Below, piece by piece: positions 1 to 9,579 of a DNA stretch of 33,106 bases (position 1 is the stretch's first letter; each line of letters opens with the position of its first letter). The notes under the pieces are model-generated. The model saw only the letters and a program-made list of their open reading frames with translations. It had not been told where the DNA came from and ran no database searches. The position numbers and the translations under genes were made by a program. Source of the DNA: a virus (Duplodnaviria > Caudoviricetes); IMG/VR virus record IMGVR_UViG_3300037506_000432, positions 1-33,106 of that record. One strand, written 5' to 3'.

Positions 1-98
1 AGTTCTTCACGCGCAATGCTATTGCCATTTTGGCCGAGCTGCGCGCAGCGTTCGCGGTCATCTACCCGACCGCGATTGAGCGTGTCAATCTGATCTAG
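1..98 (+). CDS. Major capsid protein, C-terminal fragment (HK97 fold), truncated by window start
   Basis: Frame from base 3 reads FFTRNAIAILAELRAAFAVIYPTAIERVNLI* (TAG 96-98). This matches the F-x-R-N-x-x-A-I-x-A-E-x-R...V-x-x-P-x-A C-terminal pattern of HK97-family capsids, and it precedes head-tail joining genes. Not in the ORF track. Confidence 0.85.
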   Translation, partial: FFTRNAIAILAELRAAFAVIYPTAIERVNLI

Positions 99-110
99 TG
101 CGTAACGCTA

Positions 111-165
111 AGCTGAGACGCCAACAAACAGGAGCGCAGCGCTCCTACGTGCTGGCGTCTCCGCT
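111..165 (+). other. Extended hairpin after capsid gene
   Basis: GAGACGCCA (115-123) pairs with TGGCGTCTC (153-161), enclosing AGGAGCG (130-136)/CGCTCCT (140-146). No U-tract follows. Confidence 0.6.
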
Positions 166-377
166 CAAAAGTGTAAAGCATTATGCCGTACGCGCTACTC
201 GCGCTAAAACGTACACGCTTTCGCATCTTTGGCCCTGTAAGCTCACAGGATGGCTTCTAAGGCACGACAGGTTTTAGCCATACAATCTATCAGGCCTGTG
301 AGGTGTCGGGGTTTACAGCGGCTTGACCGATTATGCGGCATAGCAAAGGGCTATCGCGTATGCTTTTTCGCTTAACG

Positions 378-393
378 CTTTACACGTGTAAAG
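378..393. promoter_or_regulatory. Perfect 16-bp palindrome overlapping a ribosome-binding site; possible operator
   Basis: CTTTACACGTGTAAAG is self-complementary and overlaps the AAGGAG of gene 406. A 15-bp inverted match recurs at 23810-23824. Confidence 0.4.
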
Positions 394-405
394 GAGATAC
401 AACAC

Positions 406-612
406 ATGCCGGAGCAAAAGGCTGTACTCATGATACACAAGCCGACAGGGCTGATAATGCAAGCTCTGACGGATGATGACATCGCAGCGTTTGAGCGTGT
501 TGGCTGGGAGCGCTACGATACGTCCGCCCAAGCTCAAGCTCAAGCTCACGCTCAGAGCGACGCTCCGCCCGTAGCTGAGCCGCAGCCCAAGCCGCTCAAG
601 CACAAGAGCTAA
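406..612 (+). CDS. Small hypothetical protein (head module)
   Basis: 68 aa ORF with AAGGAG RBS, located between capsid and connector genes. Confidence 0.7.
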   Translation: MPEQKAVLMIHKPTGLIMQALTDDDIAAFERVGWERYDTSAQAQAQAHAQSDAPPVAEPQPKPLKHKS

Positions 613-624
613 AAGAGAGGCGCT

Positions 625-1152
625 ATGTACATAAGCACGCTTGAGCTTCGGGACTACCTCGTCCAGGTCAATGATGAGGGCGTAGAGCCGGGTATCGACG
701 CGAAGCTTGCGCGCATCATCGAAAAAGCGTGCGGTGTGCTAGATACCGCTCTTGGCTTTAGCTACAACGGGTACACGCTCCCGGAGGAGCGCACATGGTA
801 TCAGTATCGAGGCTTTTATTTGTCGCCGCCAGCGTGTTTGCGCTCTAGCTTAGCGCTTACGACGTCCGTGCCGTACGACCGTGCGACGCTCCGTCGCACA
901 GACGGCTACATGTGGCCCGAGGGCTTGTACCGTGCTACTGCGCAATGGGGCTATGGCACAGCGCCCGCTGCCGCAAAGCAGCTTGCGCTAGAGCTCGCTG
1001 TGAACATTTGGCGGAACAAAGATAGCGCAATGTTTGCTCAGTCGCTAGGCGCTGACGATAGCTTGGCGCTCCAAAGCGTGTCGTATTTGACGGCTCAGCA
1101 GCGATTGCTTGTGCTTGAGCTTCAGCGTCAAGCGGGGGAGATAATGCTGTGA
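625..1152 (+). CDS. Head-tail connector/adaptor protein (gp6/gp15-like)
   Basis: N-terminal Y-x-S-x-x-E-L-R-x-Y-L and WGY...P-x-A-x-K-Q-x-A-L-E-L-A motifs typical of adaptors, plus position. Confidence 0.75.
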   Translation: MYISTLELRDYLVQVNDEGVEPGIDAKLARIIEKACGVLDTALGFSYNGYTLPEERTWYQYRGFYLSPPACLRSSLALTTSVPYDRATLRRTDGYMWPEGLYRATAQWGYGTAPAAAKQLALELAVNIWRNKDSAMFAQSLGADDSLALQSVSYLTAQQRLLVLELQRQAGEIML

Positions 1153-1466
1153 AGGTGTACGGCATCGACGAGCTAGCGCGGCTCCGCGCTGACTTTACGC
1201 CTGTGGAGCGAGCGTTGCGCGACGCTACGCTCGTGCTAGAGGGCGCAATCGCAAAACGCACCCGCGTGAAGACCGGCACGTTGCGCAGAAGCTGGAACAG
1301 CGTCTTCCACGCCCGTCAGTTGCTGAGCGAAGGTAGTGTGCGCACAAATGTCTCGTACATCCGCAATCAACGCAACAACCCTGGCGCGGAGGGCTATACG
1401 GACGCTTCCGTGCGTATACGGCGCTTGCTGGAGGACGCTATGGAGCTTGTACTGGAGCCGAGATGA
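1149..1466 (+). CDS. HK97 gp10-like tail completion protein
   Basis: RTRVKTGTLRRSW and VRTNVSY resemble the P-V-x-T-G-x-L-R-x-S / N-x-x-Y motifs. GTGA overlap with the upstream gene. Confidence 0.7.
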   Translation: MKVYGIDELARLRADFTPVERALRDATLVLEGAIAKRTRVKTGTLRRSWNSVFHARQLLSEGSVRTNVSYIRNQRNNPGAEGYTDASVRIRRLLEDAMELVLEPR

Positions 1467-1861
1467 GTTATGCAACAGTATACGCAGGTCTCCAAGCACG
1501 GCTTCGGAGCGTGAGCGGATTGCGTGTGCTGGACGGCGAGCCTACAGCGCTCGCTCAGCTACCTGCTGTGTATAGCCTCGCCGACGAGGCAGAGTTCACG
1601 ACGCAAGGGGTGCTCCGCGTTCGCCGGTATCGCACGCTCCATCGCGTGTGTGTGCGATATCAGGAGGGGTACGCAGCGGAAGCTGAGCTTATCGCTCTCA
1701 TAGACGCTATCTATGCCGCGTTTGACGCCGACCCGCGCCTTGGAGGAGCTATCACGAGCGGATATGCCTCTATCCGCGATTATGCGACAGGCTTTATGAC
1801 GTTAGCCAATACACGCTTGCGTATCGTCGACATTACAAGCGAAGTCATTGACAAGAGCTAG
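1463..1861 (+). CDS. Putative tail terminator protein
   Basis: 132 aa directly before the tail tube gene, with a D-P-x-L-G-G motif. ATGA overlap. Confidence 0.6.
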   Translation: MSYATVYAGLQARLRSVSGLRVLDGEPTALAQLPAVYSLADEAEFTTQGVLRVRRYRTLHRVCVRYQEGYAAEAELIALIDAIYAAFDADPRLGGAITSGYASIRDYATGFMTLANTRLRIVDITSEVIDKS

Positions 1862-1884
1862 CTCAAAGCTAGCGGAGGGATATC

Positions 1885-2892
1885 ATGGGTGCAGAACTAG
1901 CTTTTGAGCGATTGGCAATTGCGTTAGAGGCCACGCGAGGCACAGCCATCGCGACGCCCACGCATGTGCTGCCTCTTCAAGGGCAGCCCAGGCCGGTACG
2001 CGAGAAGTACCGGCCTGCTAACGAAAGCACAGGTCTGTTGGCGGAGTTTACGCGGGCGAGAAGCGTGAGAACGCGAGCTGAGCTTAGCGCGAGCGGAGGA
2101 TTGGACACGACCTTTGCGCCAGTCCTGTTTAATACGTTATACGCTCCGGTAACGACTCCGACCACACCGACCGGCGCAACCAACGCCAGACTGTGGACGT
2201 TTACACCGAGCATGACGACCGACAACCTTAAGTCCATTACTCTTTGGAGCGGTGATCCTAACGTGCAGACGTTTCGGAGCGCATACGGCATGGCGTCAAG
2301 CTTTGAGGTCTCCGGAGACGCCAGCGGTACGGATGGTGTCACCTGCACATATAACGCTACAGCGCTCTATCCGGCTCAGGTAGCGTCCCCGACGTATCCG
2401 GCGTACACGCCTGGCGTTTTGCTCATGCCGAGCGCAATGCAAGTGTGGCTCGACACCACGCTTGCTATAGGTACGACTGAGGTTGCGGGGCGGGTGGTGA
2501 GCGCGAGTGTATCGACACCGCTCAATCGGACATACAAGTATTACGCGAAGGGCGCGACGTCCGATCTTAGCTTTAGCGAGACGGGTATCGGCAAGCGCTC
2601 AGCTACAGCTAAAATCGCTGTAAGCTTTGACAGCGCGGCGGTCGCAAATGAGTACGCGCACTTTGTCAACGACACTATTGTCAAGCTCCGCATACGCTAT
2701 AACGGCCCAAACATCGAGGGGGCGCTGTATCATTTTGTCGAGTATGACGTGTATGGCACTGTCGACGACATTAACTGGACAGAGATTGAGGGCACGAACC
2801 GGGGGATGGAGATGACGGTTGTCTCGCAGTGGGATAGCGCGACAAACGCGGATTACGTTGTGCGTGTGCAAAACAATCGCACAGCGCTGTAG
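1885..2892 (+). CDS. Major tail tube protein
   Basis: 335 aa, Thr-rich and beta-rich, N-terminal A-L-E-x-T-x-G-T, GGAGG RBS, directly upstream of chaperone and tape measure genes. Confidence 0.8.
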   Translation: MGAELAFERLAIALEATRGTAIATPTHVLPLQGQPRPVREKYRPANESTGLLAEFTRARSVRTRAELSASGGLDTTFAPVLFNTLYAPVTTPTTPTGATNARLWTFTPSMTTDNLKSITLWSGDPNVQTFRSAYGMASSFEVSGDASGTDGVTCTYNATALYPAQVASPTYPAYTPGVLLMPSAMQVWLDTTLAIGTTEVAGRVVSASVSTPLNRTYKYYAKGATSDLSFSETGIGKRSATAKIAVSFDSAAVANEYAHFVNDTIVKLRIRYNGPNIEGALYHFVEYDVYGTVDDINWTEIEGTNRGMEMTVVSQWDSATNADYVVRVQNNRTAL

Positions 2893-2903
2893 GAGACGCA
2901 ATA

Positions 2904-3242
2904 GTGAGCACGTCATTTTTTGTCGACCCTAGCGCAGCGGTCGAGGTGCTTGAGAGCGAGAGCGGAGCGTTTCGCGTTACGCTCCGCACCCGCTTAACGC
3001 TTGGCGAGCGTATGCACATGCTGTCGCGCATTTCCAAAGCTCAGAGCGCTGGGACAATCGAGCAGATTATGCTCATCGCCGCCGAGACATTTATTGTGGG
3101 CTGGGAGGGCGCAGACGCTCCCCCCTTCAGCCGCGAGGCGCTTGCGCTGCTCGACCCCGACGAGCCGTTTGTGTCGTCTGTGCTTCAGGCGTGCTTGGCG
3201 CGTGTGACGGAGAGCACGCGCTTGGGAAACGCGAGGAGCTAG
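2904..3242 (+). CDS. Tail assembly chaperone (gpG-like)
   Basis: Between tube and tape measure genes, contains IVGWEG, AGGAG RBS with GTG start, ends just after a slippery heptamer. Confidence 0.75.
   Translation: MSTSFFVDPSAAVEVLESESGAFRVTLRTRLTLGERMHMLSRISKAQSAGTIEQIMLIAAETFIVGWEGADAPPFSREALALLDPDEPFVSSVLQACLARVTESTRLGNARS
3224..3230 (+). other. Programmed -1 ribosomal frameshift site G GGA AAC
   Basis: X XXY YYZ heptamer correctly phased in the chaperone frame. The -1 frame stays open to 3415. Confidence 0.8.
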
Positions 3243-3415
3243 CGCGTCGAGCTAAGCGCTGGGCGTCCGCTAGCTCTCCTTTCTACAAGCCCGGGCCGTT
3301 CGACCTGGAGATTACAATGCTTGCGAGGTTTGGTATCAAGCCTCACGAGCTGTACGCGATGGACGCTGAGCTTGTCTTTGAGCTACTCGCGTTTGCAAGC
3401 AAGGATGCACTATGA
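3224..3415 (+). CDS. Tail assembly chaperone frameshift extension (gpT-like)
   Basis: -1 frame reads KREELARRAKRW...FGIKPHELYAMD, a typical gpT-like motif, and overlaps the tape measure start (ATGA). Confidence 0.7.
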   Translation, partial: GKREELARRAKRWASASSPFYKPGPFDLEITMLARFGIKPHELYAMDAELVFELLAFASKDAL

Positions 3416-6234
3416 CGACATCGGTTGTATACGAGGCCATCCTGCGGGCAAAGGATGAGCTGAGCAAATCTCTGGATGGCGCTGTGGGGAGCGCGACGAA
3501 TCTGTCTGGCGCGCTCAGCTCGCTCGCGCTTCCTACCGCGCTGATTACCGGTGTGGCAGCGCTTGGTACTGCGTTCGCGGGTGTCGGCTCCGCTGTGCTG
3601 GACTATAGCGCAGACCAGCAGACCGCGCTACGCGACATTGAGACACAGCTAGGTATTACCGGCGAAGAAGCTGCAAAGCTCCGCGATCTTAGCAAAGACC
3701 TGTTCGTCGGGAACTCGGGCGATAGCTTTGAGGATGTCACCGCGGCGGTCATAGAGGCGCGGCGCACAGTGGAGAGCTTTGCCGCTTCGAGCGAGGAAGC
3801 TCAGAAGGCGAGCGTGGCGAGCGCTCTTACGCTCCGCGACGCTTACGGCATTGAGCTAACGGAGAGCCTGGCAGCGGCGAACACGCTGCAAAAGGACTTC
3901 GGACTGACCGCGCAGGAAGCATATGATTTCATCGCTAAGGGGCAGCAAGAGGGGCTGAACACGTCGGGCGATTTTCTCGACACAATCACGGAGTATGCGC
4001 GCCAGTTTAGCGGCGCCAAGTTTAGCGCTGAAGCGTTCTACTCCGCGTTAAAGTCCGGCCAAGCTGACGGGGCGCTTGGGACAGACAAAATCGCTGACTT
4101 TGTCAAGGAAGGCAGCATTCTGCTGACAGAGCTTGGTTCAGGCGTGCAATCCGCGTTCAAGAGTATCGGTAAAAGCGTTGGCGAAGACTTGCTTGGCAAG
4201 ACCGGCCAGTTTTACATCCAGACTGAAGCAGACGCTAAGCGCGTGCAACAAGCGCTGACCGACATCGGTCTTGCAGCGCCAAGCATCGAAGCGTTGCTCC
4301 AACCGCTAGGCACGCTCAACGAAAAAACCGGAGAAGTTACGTACCAAGCGCAAAAGTTCTCCGACGTATACAGTAACTCGGTTGTGCGCGGCATCCGCGA
4401 CGGCTCTGTAAGCGTCGCTGAAGCGCAACAGCTCGCGCTTGATGGTATCCGTGCAATGGACAGCGCGGTCGAGCAAAGCGCTGCTGGCGTCGCTATCTTC
4501 GGCACGCAATGGGAGGACTTTGGCACAGACGCTGCTCTGGCAATCGACTTTACGGCGTCCAAGATGAGCGATTTGGACGGCGCGACGCAGAGCGCTGCCG
4601 CCCAGTACCAAACGCTACCGAACGCCATCGAGGGCGTCAGGCGTGCAGGGCTTGACGCGCTGTCTCCGCTTGGCGATGCAGCGCTCGCTCTCGCTAACGC
4701 TGCGATTCCGCATCTCTTCGAGGCGCTTGAGGGGCTAAAGGGTGGCTTAGCTGAGCTCGGCGCTTTTATAGAACAGCTTGCGAGCGGCGGTGTGCCGGAG
4801 TTTGAGGCGCTCAAAGCGAGCGGTGTGACGTTCGCGGAGCAGGTGCAGAGCGCGTTTGAGCGATTCGCTGAGCTTGCGCGAGCGGTTTTTGATGGGCTGA
4901 GCGCTACGTACCGCGACAACCAAGAGACGTTCGATACGGCGGGCAGCGCTATTATCGCTATAGCTCAGTCCATCGGCTCTATCGTTGAGAGCGTGCTTGG
5001 CGGGCTGATGCAGTTCTACCGCGAACACCAGCAGGTCATTGACACGGTGCTCGCGGGCGGCTTTCGCGTACTTCTCACGGTGGTCACCACCGTCATCAAC
5101 AGCATCTCCGGCGTCTTGGAAGGTTTCGCTCGTCTCCTGCGCGGAGACGTAGCTGGAGCGGTCGAAGCGCTCAGGGCCACGTATGCTGAGAACTTTAACG
5201 CTATCCTCGGCCTCGTGACTGACCTTGGCGGACGAGCGCTCGAAGCTGGACGGGCGTTTGCTGAGAATCTGGGGCGTGGCGTCCTGGCAGGGATCAATAC
5301 GCTCATTGCCAATGTGCGGAGCAAGCTAAAAGAGCTTACCGACCTGCTACCTGGCTCAGAGCCACGTGACCGCTCAAGCCCGCTCGCTAACCTAGCGCTG
5401 CGCGGTAAAGCGATGTTGGACAACTTTGCTGCAGGGTTTGCGCAAAGCAACATCGGGGAGGTGCTGCGCGGCGTGCTTGAGCAGGCGGCTCAAGGGACGC
5501 AGGACGTATTGCGCTCCTTTAGCGCTGTCCTGCAACCGCAGCGCCTAGAGCAGCTCAACGAGGAGCGATTGGAAGCTGGCGCTCGCTTAAGCGCAGCGCA
5601 AGCTGAGGAGCGCAAAGCGTACGCTGAGCTTAGCGCCGCGAAGGAGCGGCAAGAGCTTGACCGCATTCAGGAGCTTAGCATCCAGTACGCCGCCGCACGA
5701 GCGGCAGTGCAGGCAGCTGAGGGCGAGCGCTTGGCGGCAGAAGCGAAGTACAGCGGGGCGCTCTTCGCTCAGGAGCAGCAAACGTCAGCGCTAGAGCAAG
5801 CGTTTGCGGAAGCGCAGGCGCGCTTCAGCGACCCGAACGAAGCGAACAAGTATTTCAAGCTCCGCGCCGCTCAAATCAAGGAGCTCGCAGCGCTTGAGGA
5901 GCAGTTCAGCCAGGCGCGAGACGTCAACGCTCAGCTCGCGCTACGCAAGCAGATAGAGCTTATCACAAAAGCGCAAGAGCTTGAGCTAGCGGCGCTTATC
6001 AACGAGTTCTCTGGGGGTAGCCCCAACAGCGCTCCGCCCTCGACCATCGATAGCCCGACTATTATAGATCCTAACGATGTGCTCCCCACACCAACGCCGA
6101 TCAGCATTACGCTGACCGTTCGCGATGAGCGGGAGACATCCGATAGGCTCAGGCAGGCTGTGCGCCAGGCTATTGATGGGGCGCTTGAGCAAGTGGCGCG
6201 GACAGGCACAGCGAAGCTGAGCTATCGATCGTAG
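3412..6234 (+). CDS. Tail tape measure protein
   Basis: 940 aa, Ala-rich and helical, with DFLDTITEY...F, GTDKIADFVKE and IFGTQWED motifs of phage minor tail/TMP domains. Confidence 0.92.
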   Translation: MTTSVVYEAILRAKDELSKSLDGAVGSATNLSGALSSLALPTALITGVAALGTAFAGVGSAVLDYSADQQTALRDIETQLGITGEEAAKLRDLSKDLFVGNSGDSFEDVTAAVIEARRTVESFAASSEEAQKASVASALTLRDAYGIELTESLAAANTLQKDFGLTAQEAYDFIAKGQQEGLNTSGDFLDTITEYARQFSGAKFSAEAFYSALKSGQADGALGTDKIADFVKEGSILLTELGSGVQSAFKSIGKSVGEDLLGKTGQFYIQTEADAKRVQQALTDIGLAAPSIEALLQPLGTLNEKTGEVTYQAQKFSDVYSNSVVRGIRDGSVSVAEAQQLALDGIRAMDSAVEQSAAGVAIFGTQWEDFGTDAALAIDFTASKMSDLDGATQSAAAQYQTLPNAIEGVRRAGLDALSPLGDAALALANAAIPHLFEALEGLKGGLAELGAFIEQLASGGVPEFEALKASGVTFAEQVQSAFERFAELARAVFDGLSATYRDNQETFDTAGSAIIAIAQSIGSIVESVLGGLMQFYREHQQVIDTVLAGGFRVLLTVVTTVINSISGVLEGFARLLRGDVAGAVEALRATYAENFNAILGLVTDLGGRALEAGRAFAENLGRGVLAGINTLIANVRSKLKELTDLLPGSEPRDRSSPLANLALRGKAMLDNFAAGFAQSNIGEVLRGVLEQAAQGTQDVLRSFSAVLQPQRLEQLNEERLEAGARLSAAQAEERKAYAELSAAKERQELDRIQELSIQYAAARAAVQAAEGERLAAEAKYSGALFAQEQQTSALEQAFAEAQARFSDPNEANKYFKLRAAQIKELAALEEQFSQARDVNAQLALRKQIELITKAQELELAALINEFSGGSPNSAPPSTIDSPTIIDPNDVLPTPTPISITLTVRDERETSDRLRQAVRQAIDGALEQVARTGTAKLSYRS

Positions 6235-6242
6235 GGGGACGT

Positions 6243-7625
6243 ATGCTACGTTACGTAATCGAAGATACGACATCGCCCGCGGTGCCCGCCGTGCAGATCA
6301 GCGGCTTCGCGTTCAACAATCCGGGCTTCAATAGGATAGATGGCGGAGCGGAGCTTAGCGCGGGCCAGACGCTGAGCGCAGCGAGCGCAGCGTTTGCCAC
6401 GGAGCGGTACGGTGTGGTCGAGGAGACAATCTCCTGCAACTGGACGGGCAGCGCCACGCAACTCCTCGACGCTCTCGAAAACGTGTACCAGCACCAGCTT
6501 AGGTGCGCGACGCGGACGACAGAGCGTGTTCAGGCTCAGCTGAGCGGGGGCGCTACATGGTACGCTCGGCTCTATGACATCAGCGTAGATGTGCCAGGGT
6601 CGATGTACGACCTCTTAGCGCTCAATGAGAGTCAAGGCATCCGCTTCCGTATCGTGCGCGGCTCGTTTATGCCGTTCCTCTCGACCGACACTTCGACGAC
6701 GACGAGCTCAAGCGTAGCTACCAGCAACCCGCCGTACACCAGCGCGCTCCCGCTCGCGTGCGGCGTACGGTGGGAAGATTTGGGCGTCAGCGCGAGCGGT
6801 GTTTTCACACTTCCGTCAGGCATGGCGCTCGCGCCTAACATTTCGCGCTACCAGTTTACCGCAAGCCGCAATCTGACCAACGCAACCGTTGCGTTTGGTA
6901 CAATCGTTGGCGAGACGCTCACAAGCACAGCGACAGTGACAGCCTCTGGCGCAAACGAGCAGGCAGTAGCTGAGCTTACGCTGAGCGGACTTGCGTTAGC
7001 GGACACCGGGCTTGTGGTACCCGTCATTGTCTGCAAGGAGGGGGGCAATGGTACTGCATACGTCGCTCGTCGATGGGCGCTGTATCAAGAAAGCACATCC
7101 AGCACAGCCGACAACGCCGCGTGGGACTATCGCGAATTACCAAGCACAGCGCAAGGCTTTACGACACACGTGCTCCCGGCGATACAACTACGCTCAACAA
7201 CTGATCCGCTCGTGCTGCGCATCGAGGTGAGCAAAGCGGTTGGCGGTGTGTACACGTCCAACATCGCCCGCTTCTATCTGGTCAACGTCAGCGATGGATG
7301 GGGCGGTGTGCAAGTCTATCAGCTGCCAACGTTTTTGCCGGGCGCACGTGCGTCTCTCCCGCCAAGCTCATCAACCAGCTTTACACAGCCGACGGAGTTT
7401 GGCAACACGCAGCCGCGGGGGCTAGGGGGTAATACGCCGCTCCCCGCTGTAGCGACACAGGGGATGTATATGCCGCCGTCAAGCGTCAGCGCTCCGCTCG
7501 CTACGCTCCTCTTGCCCGGCCAGAACAGCGAGGCCGCGTTTTGGACGGTAGCGGGAAGCACAAGCGCGGCGACCATTAGGTCGGTCGTCCTGAAGCGTGC
7601 GGTCACAGCGCTGCCGCGCCCGTAA
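6243..7625 (+). CDS. Distal tail/minor tail protein
   Basis: 460 aa, Ser/Thr-rich, immediately after the tape measure gene. Call is positional. Confidence 0.6.
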   Translation: MLRYVIEDTTSPAVPAVQISGFAFNNPGFNRIDGGAELSAGQTLSAASAAFATERYGVVEETISCNWTGSATQLLDALENVYQHQLRCATRTTERVQAQLSGGATWYARLYDISVDVPGSMYDLLALNESQGIRFRIVRGSFMPFLSTDTSTTTSSSVATSNPPYTSALPLACGVRWEDLGVSASGVFTLPSGMALAPNISRYQFTASRNLTNATVAFGTIVGETLTSTATVTASGANEQAVAELTLSGLALADTGLVVPVIVCKEGGNGTAYVARRWALYQESTSSTADNAAWDYRELPSTAQGFTTHVLPAIQLRSTTDPLVLRIEVSKAVGGVYTSNIARFYLVNVSDGWGGVQVYQLPTFLPGARASLPPSSSTSFTQPTEFGNTQPRGLGGNTPLPAVATQGMYMPPSSVSAPLATLLLPGQNSEAAFWTVAGSTSAATIRSVVLKRAVTALPRP

Positions 7626-7634
7626 GGAGCTTCT

Positions 7635-9020
7635 ATGTATCTCAACGGAGTATACGATGTGCGTCCGCTTGTCGAGAGCGGGCGCATCGTCTATGGCGCA
7701 CGCGGCCTAGAGAGCGTCACGCTTGAGCTGAGCGCCCCGCTCGCGCTCGACGCTATCCCTCCCATCGGCGCTCCGCTCAGCTTCTTTGGGCTTGGGCGGG
7801 CGGAGGTCGCGTACGTCTCGCAGTACGATGCGAGCGAGAGCGGAGCGACGCTCCAAGCTTTGGGCGTGTGGTGGAGAGCGGGATGGGCGCCTATCCTTCG
7901 TAGCGTGTGCGGTATGCTTGACGTCGCGAAGGATCGCTTCCCTACGGGGAACCTGGACTACACGCCCGGCAAGTTTACGACCTCTATCGACCAGGCGAAC
8001 GCAGAGCTGCGCATAGGGCTTGTGAAGAACACCTCGTATGAGACCAGCGACTTCGCGGCGTGGGCTTGGGAGGTAGAACGCACCACAGCGAGCGGGGCGC
8101 TGACCGCGAGCGCCTGGACAAGCGGGAGCCCAAACTTTGAAGCGCGATTCTTTGGCTTTAATGTAGCGCTCGGCACATACTCTGCTCCGCTGGCTGCTAT
8201 CGGCTCCACTACAAGCGCACTGGATGTCACGTGGCCAAACGCGACGTACACGCACATCCTCTACATCCTGCAAGTTACATCGCCCACCTTTACGTTTACA
8301 GGCGAAACGGACAGCGTGTATAGCTATCTGCGAGCTCCGCGAGTGATGCAAGGCAAGCTCGGCGTCGCGGGTAAGAATGTGCGCGACAATCTTAGCGCGG
8401 CGCTACAGCCGTCCGGCTACGGCTTCGCCAGCTTCTCCGCTGCTCAGCGCGCTCAAAGCCCCGAGACGCTGCACGTCGCGCCCAAAGGTGTGCGAGCGAC
8501 AAGTATCTTGGAGAGAGCTGAGGGGATATCCGACAGTACGCACACGACGGTTGGGGACCAGGTCGTAGCGCTGGACACACCGCTCAAGCTCCCCTCACTC
8601 CAGCTCATCGCTCCAAGTAGCGCTGTGCAGACAAGCGTGAGCGAGCGGAGCTACGCGACGGACTATAATGTAGAGACCAATCTCTACGGGGAAGCGGCTG
8701 AGCGACTGCAACAAGGCGTACGCTTCCCAACGCTGAAGCGCAGGCTGAGCACAGACCCGCCAGAGACTGCGCGTTTGATTACGCGCCTCGACCGCCCGCA
8801 ACAGCGTGCGCTCTCAAGCGTAAGCTCCGCTCCCGCTCACGCCTACGCTCGCAATAGCGCAGGAGATATCGTGCCGCTCTGGACAGTGCAGCCCCCCTAC
8901 CGGCTAGGCGCTGTTGTCGTAAGGAGCGTGACGCTCCGCTGGAGCAGGAGCGAGCGCGCTGTGCTGGAGTTCTCGACGGACGACGAGACGTTCTTTCAGG
9001 CCGCGTTTCTGCGGGCGTAG
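7635..9020 (+). CDS. Minor tail/baseplate hub-like protein
   Basis: 461 aa, second gene after tape measure, AAGGAG RBS. Call is positional. Confidence 0.55.
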   Translation: MYLNGVYDVRPLVESGRIVYGARGLESVTLELSAPLALDAIPPIGAPLSFFGLGRAEVAYVSQYDASESGATLQALGVWWRAGWAPILRSVCGMLDVAKDRFPTGNLDYTPGKFTTSIDQANAELRIGLVKNTSYETSDFAAWAWEVERTTASGALTASAWTSGSPNFEARFFGFNVALGTYSAPLAAIGSTTSALDVTWPNATYTHILYILQVTSPTFTFTGETDSVYSYLRAPRVMQGKLGVAGKNVRDNLSAALQPSGYGFASFSAAQRAQSPETLHVAPKGVRATSILERAEGISDSTHTTVGDQVVALDTPLKLPSLQLIAPSSAVQTSVSERSYATDYNVETNLYGEAAERLQQGVRFPTLKRRLSTDPPETARLITRLDRPQQRALSSVSSAPAHAYARNSAGDIVPLWTVQPPYRLGAVVVRSVTLRWSRSERAVLEFSTDDETFFQAAFLRA

Positions 9021-9031
9021 AGAGGACAGCC

Positions 9032-9544
9032 ATGGACACGACAGCTATCATCCAACTCTTGCTGGAGCAAGGCCTCCCGCTCGCGGCTGTGGCATTGGCG
9101 ATCTGGGTAGCGGTGTGGAAGACAATCCCGACGACAACCTTTGAGCGCATCGCGGCGTCGCGGGATGCGAGAGAAGCGAAGCGCGCTGAGCTTGAGCTTA
9201 AGCGCATGGAAGAGGCGCGGCGCACGGAGGATAGACTCTTCGCGCTGTCGGAGCGGGGAACGCAAGCGATTACTGAGCTGAGCGTCGCGCTCAACGATCT
9301 GCGCCGGAGCTATACGATGCAGGCTGAGGCGCTGCAAGACCTTAGCGATGTGCAGACACAACAGGCTCAGTTGATGCGCGAGTGCGCAGCGGAGCTTGTG
9401 ACGCTCCGGAGACGCACGGACCACATAGAGCGAATCTTGGTGGGGGAGAGTAGCGGAGGAGCGAGCGATGTGCTGCTTGACACACACACGACGCCCCTGC
9501 CGCCAAAGCGGAGGAGCGGAGACGCCGGAAAGCAGGAACGCTAG
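9032..9544 (+). CDS. Membrane-anchored coiled-coil protein (possible holin-like/lysis accessory)
   Basis: One N-terminal hydrophobic helix (GLPLAAVALAIWVAVW) followed by a long charged heptad-like region. Confidence 0.55.
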   Translation: MDTTAIIQLLLEQGLPLAAVALAIWVAVWKTIPTTTFERIAASRDAREAKRAELELKRMEEARRTEDRLFALSERGTQAITELSVALNDLRRSYTMQAEALQDLSDVQTQQAQLMRECAAELVTLRRRTDHIERILVGESSGGASDVLLDTHTTPLPPKRRSGDAGKQER

Positions 9545-9579
9545 CGCTCATATGTGCTAGCGCTCCTACAGGCTTGCGT

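Noticed and set aside
323-360. Sigma70 promoter at TTGACC (323)
   Set aside because: No -10 hexamer at 16-18 bp spacing.
4212-6273. Long antisense ORFs inside the tape measure gene
   Set aside because: Shadow ORFs expected in GC-rich coding DNA, with no motifs or RBS.
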